Origin: a virus
Length of the DNA: 64,000 nucleotides
Strand: one strand, 5' to 3'
Virus record (IMG/VR): IMGVR_UViG_3300027963_000040
Positions 1 through 8,862 of the stretch are shown here, in pieces. Numbering within the stretch: the first letter of the stretch is position 1; each line of letters begins with the position of its first letter. The position numbers and the translations under genes are program-made. The notes beneath the pieces are model-generated. The model saw only the letters and a list, made by a program, of their open reading frames with translations. It was not told where the DNA came from and searched no databases.

Positions 1-2119
1 CAATACCCGTTTGACGATTTTGCATTTTATTTAATATTTTATCTCTAGCGTCTGGGTGCGTTTTTGTGATTTGACCAAGATGTTCTAAATCTCTAGGAGA
101 ACCAGAACTTGTCGCAGCTTTCTTGACATACGAAGCAAGAGTTGACCTCTTCAGCTCATCAAGTTGGTCAACTTCTTCCTTACGAAGCTTCTTCTCATCA
201 GAGATCGTATAATCAGCTGTTGAGTTCTTTGTATTGAAACCGCTCTGGTCCTGATTAGCTCCGCGAGTTGGAGCTGAGGTTACAGTTGGCTTGGCTTCGG
301 CTAGCTCGGCAGCAATGGCTTCAATGCGTTCAATCTCTTCAGCTGAGAACTCAACTTCTTCTTCCTTAACTACACCACGACCGACTAACACATCCTTGTG
401 CGTGATCTTGTCCTTTGGTGAAGCGAGAGCAGCAAGCTTCTTTTCTTTTTCAGTTTTAGGTTCAGTTTCGGACTTTGTTTCTTCCTTTACTGCCTTCTTC
501 TTGCCCTTGGCTGCGGCATCATCATCATTTTGCTTGTCATCTGTTTCCGGATCAACGTCAACAACAGTCTTACCACCTGTCATCTTCTTTGGATCCTTTT
601 CGTCTTCGTCTTTCTTTTCAACGATTTGACGAACTGCGTCGATAAGGCTCTTAGGAAGCCCAAAGTTTGGTACTGACATAGTTGGTTTTTCCTCTATAAT
701 TTTTTTAATTGATCCGGTTTTACTCAAAGTGGATTTTTCTGATGTAGGTTTGGCGCCATCCATACGAGCAACATTCTCGATCTTTTCGCGCTTCTCTGTA
801 TTGGTTTCTTCACCCAGAGTGTCAACCTTCTTCCCATCAACATACAGATTGTGTCTGATCTTTCTGGTTGGGTTCAGCTTTGTGATAGTCTCATGCTTCT
901 TTCTGGCTTCTTCTTCCGAAGCGTGATAGCTCTTTGCATCGTGCATTCCGCTCTCGCTTCCATCCTTCTTGAGAGAAACAAGCACAGCTGATTTTTTTGC
1001 GTCCGAAACAGCAGATCTTTGTTTTCTAATATCGCTGGCAGCGTTCTTCCAACCCTTGATTGCTTCTTCGAGCTTATGTTCAATCACTGCTCTGTGTTTT
1101 GGACGTTCGACCTTGATGCCTCTTTTAGCAAGTTCTTTTCTTGCTTTCAATTCGTTATCAATCTGATCAGCAAAACCTGGGTGACTGTATGTCAGTTTTT
1201 TATTATTCGGATTGGTGATACTGGCGTGAGCTCTTTGATGAATACCTCTGATGGTTTCGGTATCAACATTAGGTCCGATATTAGCTTCAACAACCGTATC
1301 TTCGTGTAAACCTTTGTATTCAATAGACTTCACACTATGAACACCGAAGTTTTTTGCAGCGTAACGAGTGGCTTTATCTCTTGCTGTTCTTGTATCATGC
1401 GCCGGAACTGTCAGCTTGATTTTAGTTCCCTTGGGCTTGGCACCAATAGGTTCAACAGTATTATCATCAACCATTTTACCAAGTCTCGTATCATCCGCAT
1501 GTAGATGAACGTGAAACACATGTTTGGATTCGGTCATAGTTTCTTCTTTCAGAGAATGTTGATGTTGTTGAACAAAATATTCTGCCGCATCTTTTGAATT
1601 GTTATGGTATCTGTTATGCCTATTAAATTGTAGACCGTTCGCGTCGCTATGAATAGTGTATTTTGTAATATCTTTTCTAGACGCAACGTAACGTTTACCG
1701 GGAATTTTAGTGTCTTTATAAGCACTGAAAGGTTCTAGCGTAGCTACTTTTTTGCCTTTATGATGGATATCGTAAGTCGGCTTACCATCCGGATGAGCGG
1801 TAGTTGATTTCTTGCCAGTCTTTACTAATTTATAATCGGGGTGTATTTCTTCCTGTAATTCTTCTTTAGACATCTTCATCGTTTCCTTTTGGCGCTGTTT
1901 AGCTTCTCTATTACGTTTTTCAACTTCATCTTGGCGGTTATCCGCTCTGTCGGCAGAAGCTTCTTTAGCTGCGCGTTCACGATCGTGAACTCTATTGGCT
2001 CCGATGTTCAAACCGCTTTTATCGTTTGAAGATGACGTGTCTCTGAAAGAAGATCCACCAGAACCAACTGTTTTACCTTGGCTTACAATGCCTTCTAGGA
2101 TAGACTTGATGTCTCTCAT
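1..2119 (-). CDS. Large modular virion internal (head) protein, >700 aa, truncated by the window edge; absent from the ORF track
   Basis: ATG at 2119 overlaps the Dps stop (ATGA) and the frame is open to position 1 (MRDIKSILEG...LQEEIHPDYKLVKTGKK...LDELKRSTLASYVKKA). Repeated LxE(E) motifs resemble gp21 cleavage sites. Possible internal start at 679 with a GAGG SD. Confidence 0.8.
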   Translation of the reverse strand, partial: MRDIKSILEGIVSQGKTVGSGGSSFRDTSSSNDKSGLNIGANRVHDRERAAKEASADRADNRQDEVEKRNREAKQRQKETMKMSKEELQEEIHPDYKLVKTGKKSTTAHPDGKPTYDIHHKGKKVATLEPFSAYKDTKIPGKRYVASRKDITKYTIHSDANGLQFNRHNRYHNNSKDAAEYFVQQHQHSLKEETMTESKHVFHVHLHADDTRLGKMVDDNTVEPIGAKPKGTKIKLTVPAHDTRTARDKATRYAAKNFGVHSVKSIEYKGLHEDTVVEANIGPNVDTETIRGIHQRAHASITNPNNKKLTYSHPGFADQIDNELKARKELAKRGIKVERPKHRAVIEHKLEEAIKGWKNAASDIRKQRSAVSDAKKSAVLVSLKKDGSESGMHDAKSYHASEEEARKKHETITKLNPTRKIRHNLYVDGKKVDTLGEETNTEKREKIENVARMDGAKPTSEKSTLSKTGSIKKIIEEKPTMSVPNFGLPKSLIDAVRQIVEKKDEDEKDPKKMTGGKTVVDVDPETDDKQNDDDAAAKGKKKAVKEETKSETEPKTEKEKKLAALASPKDKITHKDVLVGRGVVKEEEVEFSAEEIERIEAIAAELAEAKPTVTSAPTRGANQDQSGFNTKNSTADYTISDEKKLRKEEVDQLDELKRSTLASYVKKAATSSGSPRDLEHLGQITKTHPDARDKILNKMQNRQTGI

Positions 2120-2550
2120 TTACCTGTGGCTTTCAACATCCAAGAATGTTTTGCGTGAATATCAATACGATCCTGTAGAAAGTTAGAAAGACCAGGCTTA
2201 TTTTCTTTTTCAGCCAGAACGTATGCCTTTGTCAATTCCGCGATAACCTTCTGATTATCTGATTCCAACTCAGAGAACATTGCTCTTGCATTTGGAATAT
2301 TGATTTGATCATCGACAACCGAAAGCTGGGAAAAACGACCGAGACTACCAGGAGCGTAAGCATCAAGTGCTCTAATGTGTTCAGCAATAGCATCTACAGC
2401 CTCCCAAACTTCGTTATACAGTCCATCAAGAAAAGAATGATACTGAGGAAAGTTAGGACCCTCAATATTCCAATGAAAATTGTGAGCCTTCAGATAAAAA
2501 GCGAAAGAGGACGCTAGGACCACTTTCATTTGCTGAACAAGCTGATCCAT
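2116..2550 (-). CDS. dps: Dps-family mini-ferritin
   Basis: KAHNFHWNIEGPNFPQYH and DAIAEHIRAL ferroxidase signatures; C-terminal HAKHSWML. Confidence 0.9.
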   Translation of the reverse strand: MDQLVQQMKVVLASSFAFYLKAHNFHWNIEGPNFPQYHSFLDGLYNEVWEAVDAIAEHIRALDAYAPGSLGRFSQLSVVDDQINIPNARAMFSELESDNQKVIAELTKAYVLAEKENKPGLSNFLQDRIDIHAKHSWMLKATGK

Positions 2551-2870
2551 TACTTCTTTGCCTTTTTACCGATTATCTTGGTTTTTACAGATTCGATCTC
2601 AGCAACTACAGCTTCTTCGATTTTCTTCTCGACTTCTACAACTACTTCTTCCGCTTTTTTTTCGATGGTATCTACAACTTGAGCCGCAGCAGCTGCAGTT
2701 TTTTCTTCAAAAGCTTGAAGATCTCTTTTTGCAAGATCCCAAACTGCACTATCTTTCGCGATAATAGCAGCTTCTTTCTTCAGAAACCATCTCTTTCCAA
2801 ACCAAACAAGACCACCTACGATAATAACAATTCCAAGAAATTCCATTTTATCCTCCATTTCCGCCACCAC
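2550..2870 (-). CDS. Hypothetical membrane-anchored protein
   Basis: N-terminal TM segment plus acidic/Ala-rich coil; coupled to neighbours. Confidence 0.6.
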   Translation of the reverse strand: MVAEMEDKMEFLGIVIIVGGLVWFGKRWFLKKEAAIIAKDSAVWDLAKRDLQAFEEKTAAAAAQVVDTIEKKAEEVVVEVEKKIEEAVVAEIESVKTKIIGKKAKK

Positions 2871-3264
2871 CGGAGCTTCCGCTTTTTCCGGGTGGATGTT
2901 TTTCTATTTTACCTGATACCATTCTAATCGCCACCATTGGCGTAGAAACTTCTTTACGTTTACCAGTTGTTCCAGCCGGAACACTCAGTTCGTTTAGTCT
3001 GAATACATGCGTCACATATGATCTGTTCTTACTAGCTCTACTCTTTTGTTCGCGATCGCGACTACCAGACTGCGAAGCCAGTTTGAAATGACCTTTCTTA
3101 ACCAAGTTGTGAGCTGCTTCCAACTCTCTGTTTTTTCTTGGGTTGTGACTTATTTCATGAGTCACTGATACCATTTTTTGTGGATGACCGTGAGCTCGAT
3201 TGAACAAATCTTTTTCTGTTTTACTTAGTGATGCTTCATTCAAATATTGTTTGAAACTCAACAT
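2848..3264 (-). CDS. Putative internal head protein with capsid-targeting sequence
   Basis: N-terminus MLSFKQYLNE resembles the T4 IP capsid-targeting sequence; basic, His-rich. Confidence 0.65.
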   Translation of the reverse strand: MLSFKQYLNEASLSKTEKDLFNRAHGHPQKMVSVTHEISHNPRKNRELEAAHNLVKKGHFKLASQSGSRDREQKSRASKNRSYVTHVFRLNELSVPAGTTGKRKEVSTPMVAIRMVSGKIEKHPPGKSGSSGGGGNGG

Positions 3265-4007
3265 TTCCAGGCTCTTCTTGACCAGTAGTTCGCGCTTGTT
3301 TTTTTATTCAGGTTGCCTTGACCACCTGAACGAGCGCAATACGAACGTTTGCGTGCTGGAATATTCTTCTTGATACTAAGATTTTTATCGCCGAAGTTTA
3401 CCTTTACGACGTTGCCTTTTTCGTTCTTAACGTAAACTTTTGACTTCTTTACGTCGCCAGCCATCGGCTTGTTGAGAGTAACCTGATGACCCTGATATTC
3501 GGCTTCTGTGACCGGAGGCTTCTTACCGCAAGTGCAATTACCATTACACTCATAGAGAACTTCCTCGATAACTTTTTTTACAATTCTGTGTGTTGACTGT
3601 CCTGGAGTGTCTTTCTTATAAGTGTCAACCAATTCTTTAGAACCTTCGAATCTAGAAGATGGCTTCATTTTATTTTTTGAATGAACCTCAGCATCTTCTT
3701 TCATATCTTTTGGTTTCTTGCCAGCCTTTTTCATAGAGATAGCAATAGCTGCTTGTTGCGCTGGCGAAACTGCTTCTGGAACGCAATCAGGAACCATTCT
3801 GTTTCCTTTCTTCTTCATGCCAACTTTCTTGTATCCGTCCCAGCATGCCTCGTCGACGCTATCTTCTTTCATTGCAGCCATATTGTCAACAAGATTTGGA
3901 TATGGGCGACCAGCTGCTCGCGCGCGTGCTTTCGCGCTCTTGACTTGAGAGCTTGACATACTTTTCCCTTTAGACGGGACTTCGTGATTCCAAGGTTTGT
4001 CTGACAT
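3258..4007 (-). CDS. Modular basic virion protein of T4-like phages
   Basis: Modules EACWDGYKKVGMKKKG..PDCV and EAEYQGHQVTLNKP...SANYWSRRAWKC; TATAAATA upstream. Confidence 0.7.
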   Translation of the reverse strand: MSDKPWNHEVPSKGKSMSSSQVKSAKARARAAGRPYPNLVDNMAAMKEDSVDEACWDGYKKVGMKKKGNRMVPDCVPEAVSPAQQAAIAISMKKAGKKPKDMKEDAEVHSKNKMKPSSRFEGSKELVDTYKKDTPGQSTHRIVKKVIEEVLYECNGNCTCGKKPPVTEAEYQGHQVTLNKPMAGDVKKSKVYVKNEKGNVVKVNFGDKNLSIKKNIPARKRSYCARSGGQGNLNKKTSANYWSRRAWKC

Positions 4008-4027
4008 TGATGGCTCCAGTTTTGATG

Positions 4028-4035
4028 TATTTATA
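4028..4035 (-). promoter_or_regulatory. T4-type late promoter TATAAATA
   Basis: Exact consensus 20 nt upstream of the 4007 ATG. Confidence 0.75.
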
Positions 4036-4063
4036 AAAAACGATTGGCTATAGTTTTTGCGCT

Positions 4064-6046
4064 CTAACGAGATTTCAATCTCTGAAACACTCTGCTCAGT
4101 AAATCGTCGGTCTCTTCGGCTACAGTCGTTTTTTGTTTGACAGCTTTCGGTTTTCTAACTGGTTTCTTCATAGCTTTCATACGTTGTCTGCGCTCAACCT
4201 CAGCGCGAGCTTTTACTCCAATTGGGTCATTACGTTTAGCGTAACGTGATAGTGATATACCGGAAGTCTCGGGTCCAATCTGAATGTCCATACCTTTACG
4301 AACATCATTGAACATCTCGCGCGCATGCTCGGGATGGACGTGAGGAGGAATACCTTTCTTGAACTCACCGAATCTGTTTGTTATAGCGTGGGCGCGCATC
4401 TTTGATGCAGACATACCTGCAACACCCTCAGCATCCGGATCGCGTTCGCCAGCTGAAACAACGTCAATCTTTTTGAAATTGAACTCTCCGTTCGGACCGT
4501 TATATCTATCTAACAGCTTCTTATATTCATCGACACGGTCAGAACCAGCAACCATGGTCGCATGAGTCACGCCTTGTTTATAAAGCTTCTTCAGCTGTTC
4601 GATGAAAGTCGGAGCATCGTCATCTGCCGCAGTGATATTAGCTCCTGGGAAAAATCTTTTGGCGTGTTTCAGTTTCTGCTCGGGAGTCAGAGGATTCTTC
4701 TCTGGATCCTGCGAGCTAGAGATAACGATAGAATGACCTGCTTTCTTAGCAGCTGCTAGTTCCCTGACTTTATCAACCAGAGCGCCGTGACCGACGGTAG
4801 GAGGATTCATTCTACCAAAAGCGAACACATGTTCCTTATCGCCTTCTTCTGTCGGAGTGGCGTCCGGTTCGCCTTTACCTCTGTTGTTAGCGAAATTGAG
4901 TCTGCTGAACTCTGCTCTATCAACCAGCTTCGTAGGTTTACCGTCTCTGATTGAAACAAACCCTTCAGGCTTGACCTGTTTACCGCCGACCGTGTTTTCA
5001 AACTCTGTAGGGTTGCCTAGAGCTTTTACCAGAATGTCTTTTGCGGCTTGTAGATGATGATGGAGATCGAAAGCTGACTTGTATTTTTCTTCGTTTGTTT
5101 TCAGGTCGTCTATGAGTTCGTTATATGCGCCAGCTTTCTTTTCTTTGGCTGCTTCTGTCTTCAGTTTCTCTGTTTCTTTGTTTCGTTTGTCTTCAAGAAA
5201 CTTCATGTAATCTTTTACGTTTGGTGTAGTTCCGTCTCTAACGGTTTGATTGATGTATGGTTTGATGAATGTATCGTGTTTGCTTAGAGATTCTAGAATG
5301 TCAGTACCGGTATTTCTGTATGCTTCATCCGCAGCTTCTCTATGTTTAGCGTATTCAGCTTGCATAGCTTTAGTGTATTTTGACTTGCTCGTATCGTTGA
5401 CTTCTGGATTGACTAGGTTTACGTCTGGGTCTTGTTTGAACTTTGAATGATCAACATCGAATCCTGCCTTCATATCGGCAAGATTTTTTCCTTTGTATTT
5501 CGTATGAACAACAAATCCTATCTGAGAAGCTGCTATCTTTCTACCTTGTGCGCTGTCTTTATCGGCTGAATATGTAATCGTGTTGGGGGCAAACTTGTAT
5601 TTGTCGTTTTCATCTTGAACATCTGGTTTCTCGTAAAGAAAATCGCCTTGATATACACCACCTTCTTTCGGCATAACTTTTTGAAGATGCGCAAGAGCCA
5701 CTTTCAACTTAGCAACAAGACCAGGAGCATGACCGTGGTTCTGCTCGATATCTTTATCTGTGTAGTTGATTTTTGGATTTTTGTTGAATGCTGACTTCGA
5801 GGCTACAAAAAACTTACCATTCTCTGGATTGATACCGAACACAATTGAAGGCGAACCGTCATACTTTGTTGTGATCTTAGACTTAGATTTACCGCCAGTA
5901 AGAAGGCTGTGAAGATCATCTAGGTTGTCGGCAGCATGCGCAACACCCGCATCTCCTCCATGAATGATATGATCCTCAGCATGTTCAAGATGTTTTAGTT
6001 TGTCAACATCGAGAGATTCAACTAGGAATGTAGAGAATGTTAACAT
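4064..6046 (-). CDS. Fusion of an RNA-ligase-like nucleotidyltransferase domain and a HIGH-superfamily cytidylyltransferase/NMNAT-like domain, with CTS-like N-terminus
   Basis: N-terminus MLTFSTFLVE; TTKYDGSP, YQGDFLY, KPEGFV..KLVD; then FAFGRMNPPTVGH, VAGSDRV, GMSASKMR. Confidence 0.75.
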   Translation of the reverse strand: MLTFSTFLVESLDVDKLKHLEHAEDHIIHGGDAGVAHAADNLDDLHSLLTGGKSKSKITTKYDGSPSIVFGINPENGKFFVASKSAFNKNPKINYTDKDIEQNHGHAPGLVAKLKVALAHLQKVMPKEGGVYQGDFLYEKPDVQDENDKYKFAPNTITYSADKDSAQGRKIAASQIGFVVHTKYKGKNLADMKAGFDVDHSKFKQDPDVNLVNPEVNDTSKSKYTKAMQAEYAKHREAADEAYRNTGTDILESLSKHDTFIKPYINQTVRDGTTPNVKDYMKFLEDKRNKETEKLKTEAAKEKKAGAYNELIDDLKTNEEKYKSAFDLHHHLQAAKDILVKALGNPTEFENTVGGKQVKPEGFVSIRDGKPTKLVDRAEFSRLNFANNRGKGEPDATPTEEGDKEHVFAFGRMNPPTVGHGALVDKVRELAAAKKAGHSIVISSSQDPEKNPLTPEQKLKHAKRFFPGANITAADDDAPTFIEQLKKLYKQGVTHATMVAGSDRVDEYKKLLDRYNGPNGEFNFKKIDVVSAGERDPDAEGVAGMSASKMRAHAITNRFGEFKKGIPPHVHPEHAREMFNDVRKGMDIQIGPETSGISLSRYAKRNDPIGVKARAEVERRQRMKAMKKPVRKPKAVKQKTTVAEETDDLLSRVFQRLKSR

Positions 6047-6843
6047 TACATGAACGCTCTAAGGATTGGATCTGTAGATAACTTTCTAACGTCAATTTGT
6101 GATTTACTACCCGACGATAATGGGCAAAGATTGTATGGCGATTTCGATATTCCATAAAACTGTAAAGTCATAACAAACTGATAGTCTCCACCGCCTTTGT
6201 ATTGACAACGAACTCTTATTTTGCATTTTGCGGCATTTGAAAAATCTGGTATTGATGTCAAACCTTGTTTAGTGAGAGTACTACTCAATTTTAAAGGGTC
6301 AGAGCCGTTCAACAAATAAAATCCGTGAGTTCCGACATTTATGTAATGACATTTCTTTTCATTATAATAATCAGAAACTGCTTTACCGCCGACATCGATA
6401 TGAATTTCGTTGTCTTTTCCAAATTGTTTTAGATCATAGGTATAAGCTTCTCTTTTATCTTTGAAACCTGGAGCTACAATTTTTGCACCAGCTGCGTTAT
6501 TTTGCAAAGCGGGGGTTTTACCTCTCCAGTTCCTTCCTGCAGCACCAGAAGTATTCATTTCTCTGAGCAAATTGCTTTTTTTTGCTAAAGCATACATGAA
6601 TTCTTTTTCTGGATCACCTGTGTAATCGCCAAAAGACCATTTTCCATTGTAATATTTCATAACAAGACTACCAGCAGCAGTTTGTGAAATCTTCAGCTCA
6701 CAACCTGCAGTTGTATTTCCTTTTTTTATAGTCAAATCTGGTTTGTCGTGTGAAGCTCCGGCAGTTCCGCCAGTGCTTATATTGTATTTTCCTAGAGCTT
6801 CGTATGCGTTCTCTTCGTAAAGAAATCCCTCTTGCGCCGCCAT
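6046..6843 (-). CDS. Putative PD-(D/E)xK endonuclease
   Basis: YEE...KPDLTI...GCELK motif. Confidence 0.55.
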   Translation of the reverse strand: MAAQEGFLYEENAYEALGKYNISTGGTAGASHDKPDLTIKKGNTTAGCELKISQTAAGSLVMKYYNGKWSFGDYTGDPEKEFMYALAKKSNLLREMNTSGAAGRNWRGKTPALQNNAAGAKIVAPGFKDKREAYTYDLKQFGKDNEIHIDVGGKAVSDYYNEKKCHYINVGTHGFYLLNGSDPLKLSSTLTKQGLTSIPDFSNAAKCKIRVRCQYKGGGDYQFVMTLQFYGISKSPYNLCPLSSGSKSQIDVRKLSTDPILRAFM

Positions 6844-6874
6844 ATCAATCCCTAACTAGTTGTGTCATTTCAAC

Positions 6875-6882
6875 TATTTATA
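6875..6882 (-). promoter_or_regulatory. Late promoter TATAAATA
   Basis: Exact consensus upstream of the 6843 ATG. Confidence 0.75.
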
Positions 6883-6885
6883 AAC

Positions 6886-6916
6886 AAAAAAGGGTTGGAC
6901 CTTCCGATCCAACCCC
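6886..6916 (-). terminator. Rho-independent terminator
   Basis: GGGTTGGA/TCCAACCC stem plus T-run. Confidence 0.75.
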
Positions 6917-6925
6917 TCTTTTTTC

Positions 6926-7018
6926 GCAGTAATGTCGGGCGGAACCCCACCGTGCTCCCGACTGTTCCTTCGGTATTACCCTCTGTGCCTCATTGCGTCT
7001 AGATTCGCATAGAACTGC
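6926..7018 (-). ncRNA. Candidate structured intergenic RNA
   Basis: Closing stem GCAGT/ACTGC, hairpins TGCG/CGCA and GTCGGG/CCCGAC; lies between a CTAAATA element and a terminator. Confidence 0.45.
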
Positions 7019-7025
7019 CTTGATT

Positions 7026-7241
7026 TTATTTAGTCGAAATACGCGACTTTTTTTTCGGTTCAACAAAATATTTTTCAAGCATGAATGCTGGAGTCCAGCC
7101 ATCAAACCCATACCCACGATTGAAATTGGTCTTAGCAACTTGAGCATCTTGAACCGTGAGATAAGTTCCAATGACTTGTTCAGTTCGAGTTTCTAGTAGA
7201 TCCCAAGCCTCACCGCTCTTCATAATCTTGTAATTCATCAT
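7026..7241 (-). CDS. Small conserved T4-like hypothetical protein
   Basis: Coupled to gp41; NRGYGFDGWTPAF motif. Confidence 0.65.
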   Translation of the reverse strand: MMNYKIMKSGEAWDLLETRTEQVIGTYLTVQDAQVAKTNFNRGYGFDGWTPAFMLEKYFVEPKKKSRISTK

Positions 7242-8647
7242 GCAAATCCTTCAAAATCTTTCTTACCAAACTTAGACTTCTTTTTATAGAAATCGCTATC
7301 ACGTTCGCCGAAGTCAGTTTTGTCCATTACCGGTCGATCGTCAACCAACCCTTCCTGAGCATCCTGTTCAACATCGAACAATTTCATCTTAGACCGATCG
7401 ATACCAATAACAAACCTACGATACGATGCAGGATCGTTGTATCGATTCTTCAGCTGCTTGACCATAATCTGACCGAGACCTTCTAGTTCCTCGGACGTAA
7501 TAAGAGCAAACATGAAGTCAGCCGTCGCCGGAAGACCAAACGACTCGGAAGTATCTTCAAGACCCACGTCGCTGTTACCGAAACCAGAACGAGTGGTCTG
7601 GGTTGCAGAAACGATTGGAACATTGAACTCAACTGCCAAGCCACGAAGCTCCTCAGCAATCGCCTTCACATACATGTAGGAGTTGACGTTGTTGCCGTAC
7701 TTCATTCTAGACGAAGCGCAGATGTTCAGATAGTCGATGTAGATTATCTCTGGGCTAAAGTTCTTTTTCAGCTTCAACTCATTGATCAGGTGACGGAAGT
7801 TAGCTGAACCAGCTGCAGCTGTAGGATACTCCTTGATGATCAACTTACCAGTCGTCTTGTTCTTTACGCGTTCAAGCTTCCGGTCATAGGTTTCCTTGTT
7901 CATCTCACAGAGCTCATCCATGCTAACATTCATGAGATTAGCGTCAATACGCTCGGCGATGCGTTCCTCAGCCATTTCCATAGTGATATACAGAACGTTC
8001 TTGCCATCAAGCAGATTGCCAGCCGCGCAGTGACACATGAACAAAGACTTACCCACACCCGTTCCCGCGAGCGCGATGTTTAGTGTCTTGTTCGGCAGAC
8101 CGCCCTTAGTGATACGGTTGAAGTAGTCTAGGTTGAATGGAACCTTAGATTCCTTGCGGTGATAAAACTCGTAGCGAGAGTCAGCATCATCAAGGAAGTT
8201 GTGACCGATGTTTGTATCAAAACTAATTCCCAAAGCATCAGAAAGGATCTGAGGAATGCTACCCTTATCCTTCTTCTGATCCTTGTTATCTAGAATCTGA
8301 ATGGATTGCATGATCGCGTTATAGACCGAACGTTCCTGAACGAACTTCTCGGTCTTATCAACAATCCACTCAAGCTCGGTTTTAGGGTCGTAGTCTAGAA
8401 CCTCTATGTTACTGACGATAGTCTTGACCTGATCATCGTTGATCCCATTCATACTAACGAGATCGATAGCGAGAGCTTCCTTGGTTGGAAAGCGATTATA
8501 CTTCAGTACATAACCTTCAATGAGCTCGAAAAGAACCTTATCATCACGGTCTTGAAAATGCTCCTTCTTTAGGAATGGGATAACCTTTCTACCATAGTCC
8601 TCACGAAAGACTAGGTTACCGAATATGACTTGTTCAAAACTGCTCAA
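7238..8647 (-). CDS. gp41: Replicative DnaB-like helicase gp41
   Basis: LAGTGVGKS Walker A, IYIDYLNI, SATQTTR, SESFGLPATAD. Confidence 0.97.
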   Translation of the reverse strand: MSSFEQVIFGNLVFREDYGRKVIPFLKKEHFQDRDDKVLFELIEGYVLKYNRFPTKEALAIDLVSMNGINDDQVKTIVSNIEVLDYDPKTELEWIVDKTEKFVQERSVYNAIMQSIQILDNKDQKKDKGSIPQILSDALGISFDTNIGHNFLDDADSRYEFYHRKESKVPFNLDYFNRITKGGLPNKTLNIALAGTGVGKSLFMCHCAAGNLLDGKNVLYITMEMAEERIAERIDANLMNVSMDELCEMNKETYDRKLERVKNKTTGKLIIKEYPTAAAGSANFRHLINELKLKKNFSPEIIYIDYLNICASSRMKYGNNVNSYMYVKAIAEELRGLAVEFNVPIVSATQTTRSGFGNSDVGLEDTSESFGLPATADFMFALITSEELEGLGQIMVKQLKNRYNDPASYRRFVIGIDRSKMKLFDVEQDAQEGLVDDRPVMDKTDFGERDSDFYKKKSKFGKKDFEGFA

Positions 8648-8862
8648 TCGTTACTCCCTTCTAATTTTAGAATACCCAACACGTAATTCTCTGACATATC
8701 CTCCGCGTATCGCAGAGTATGATCAACCACTTCTCTGGTTCCCATCAGAACGTCATTCTCGTAGAACTCCACGAGAAAACCTTTGTCCATTTTGTAAATC
8801 GTCGAGTGTCGGACATTTCCAGTCTCGCTGGAAATAGTGTTTTTGATACATTCATTCTTCAT
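8644..8862 (-). CDS. Hypothetical protein
   Basis: Overlaps both uvsX and gp41 ends. Confidence 0.6.
   Translation of the reverse strand: MKNECIKNTISSETGNVRHSTIYKMDKGFLVEFYENDVLMGTREVVDHTLRYAEDMSENYVLGILKLEGSND

Noticed and set aside
291-1309. Plus-strand ORFs 291-629, 729-926, 969-1166 and 1019-1309
   Set aside because: They are antisense shadows of the long minus-strand ORF 1-2119.
6878-7171. 97-aa minus-strand ORF
   Set aside because: It overlaps a better ORF, a terminator and a late promoter.
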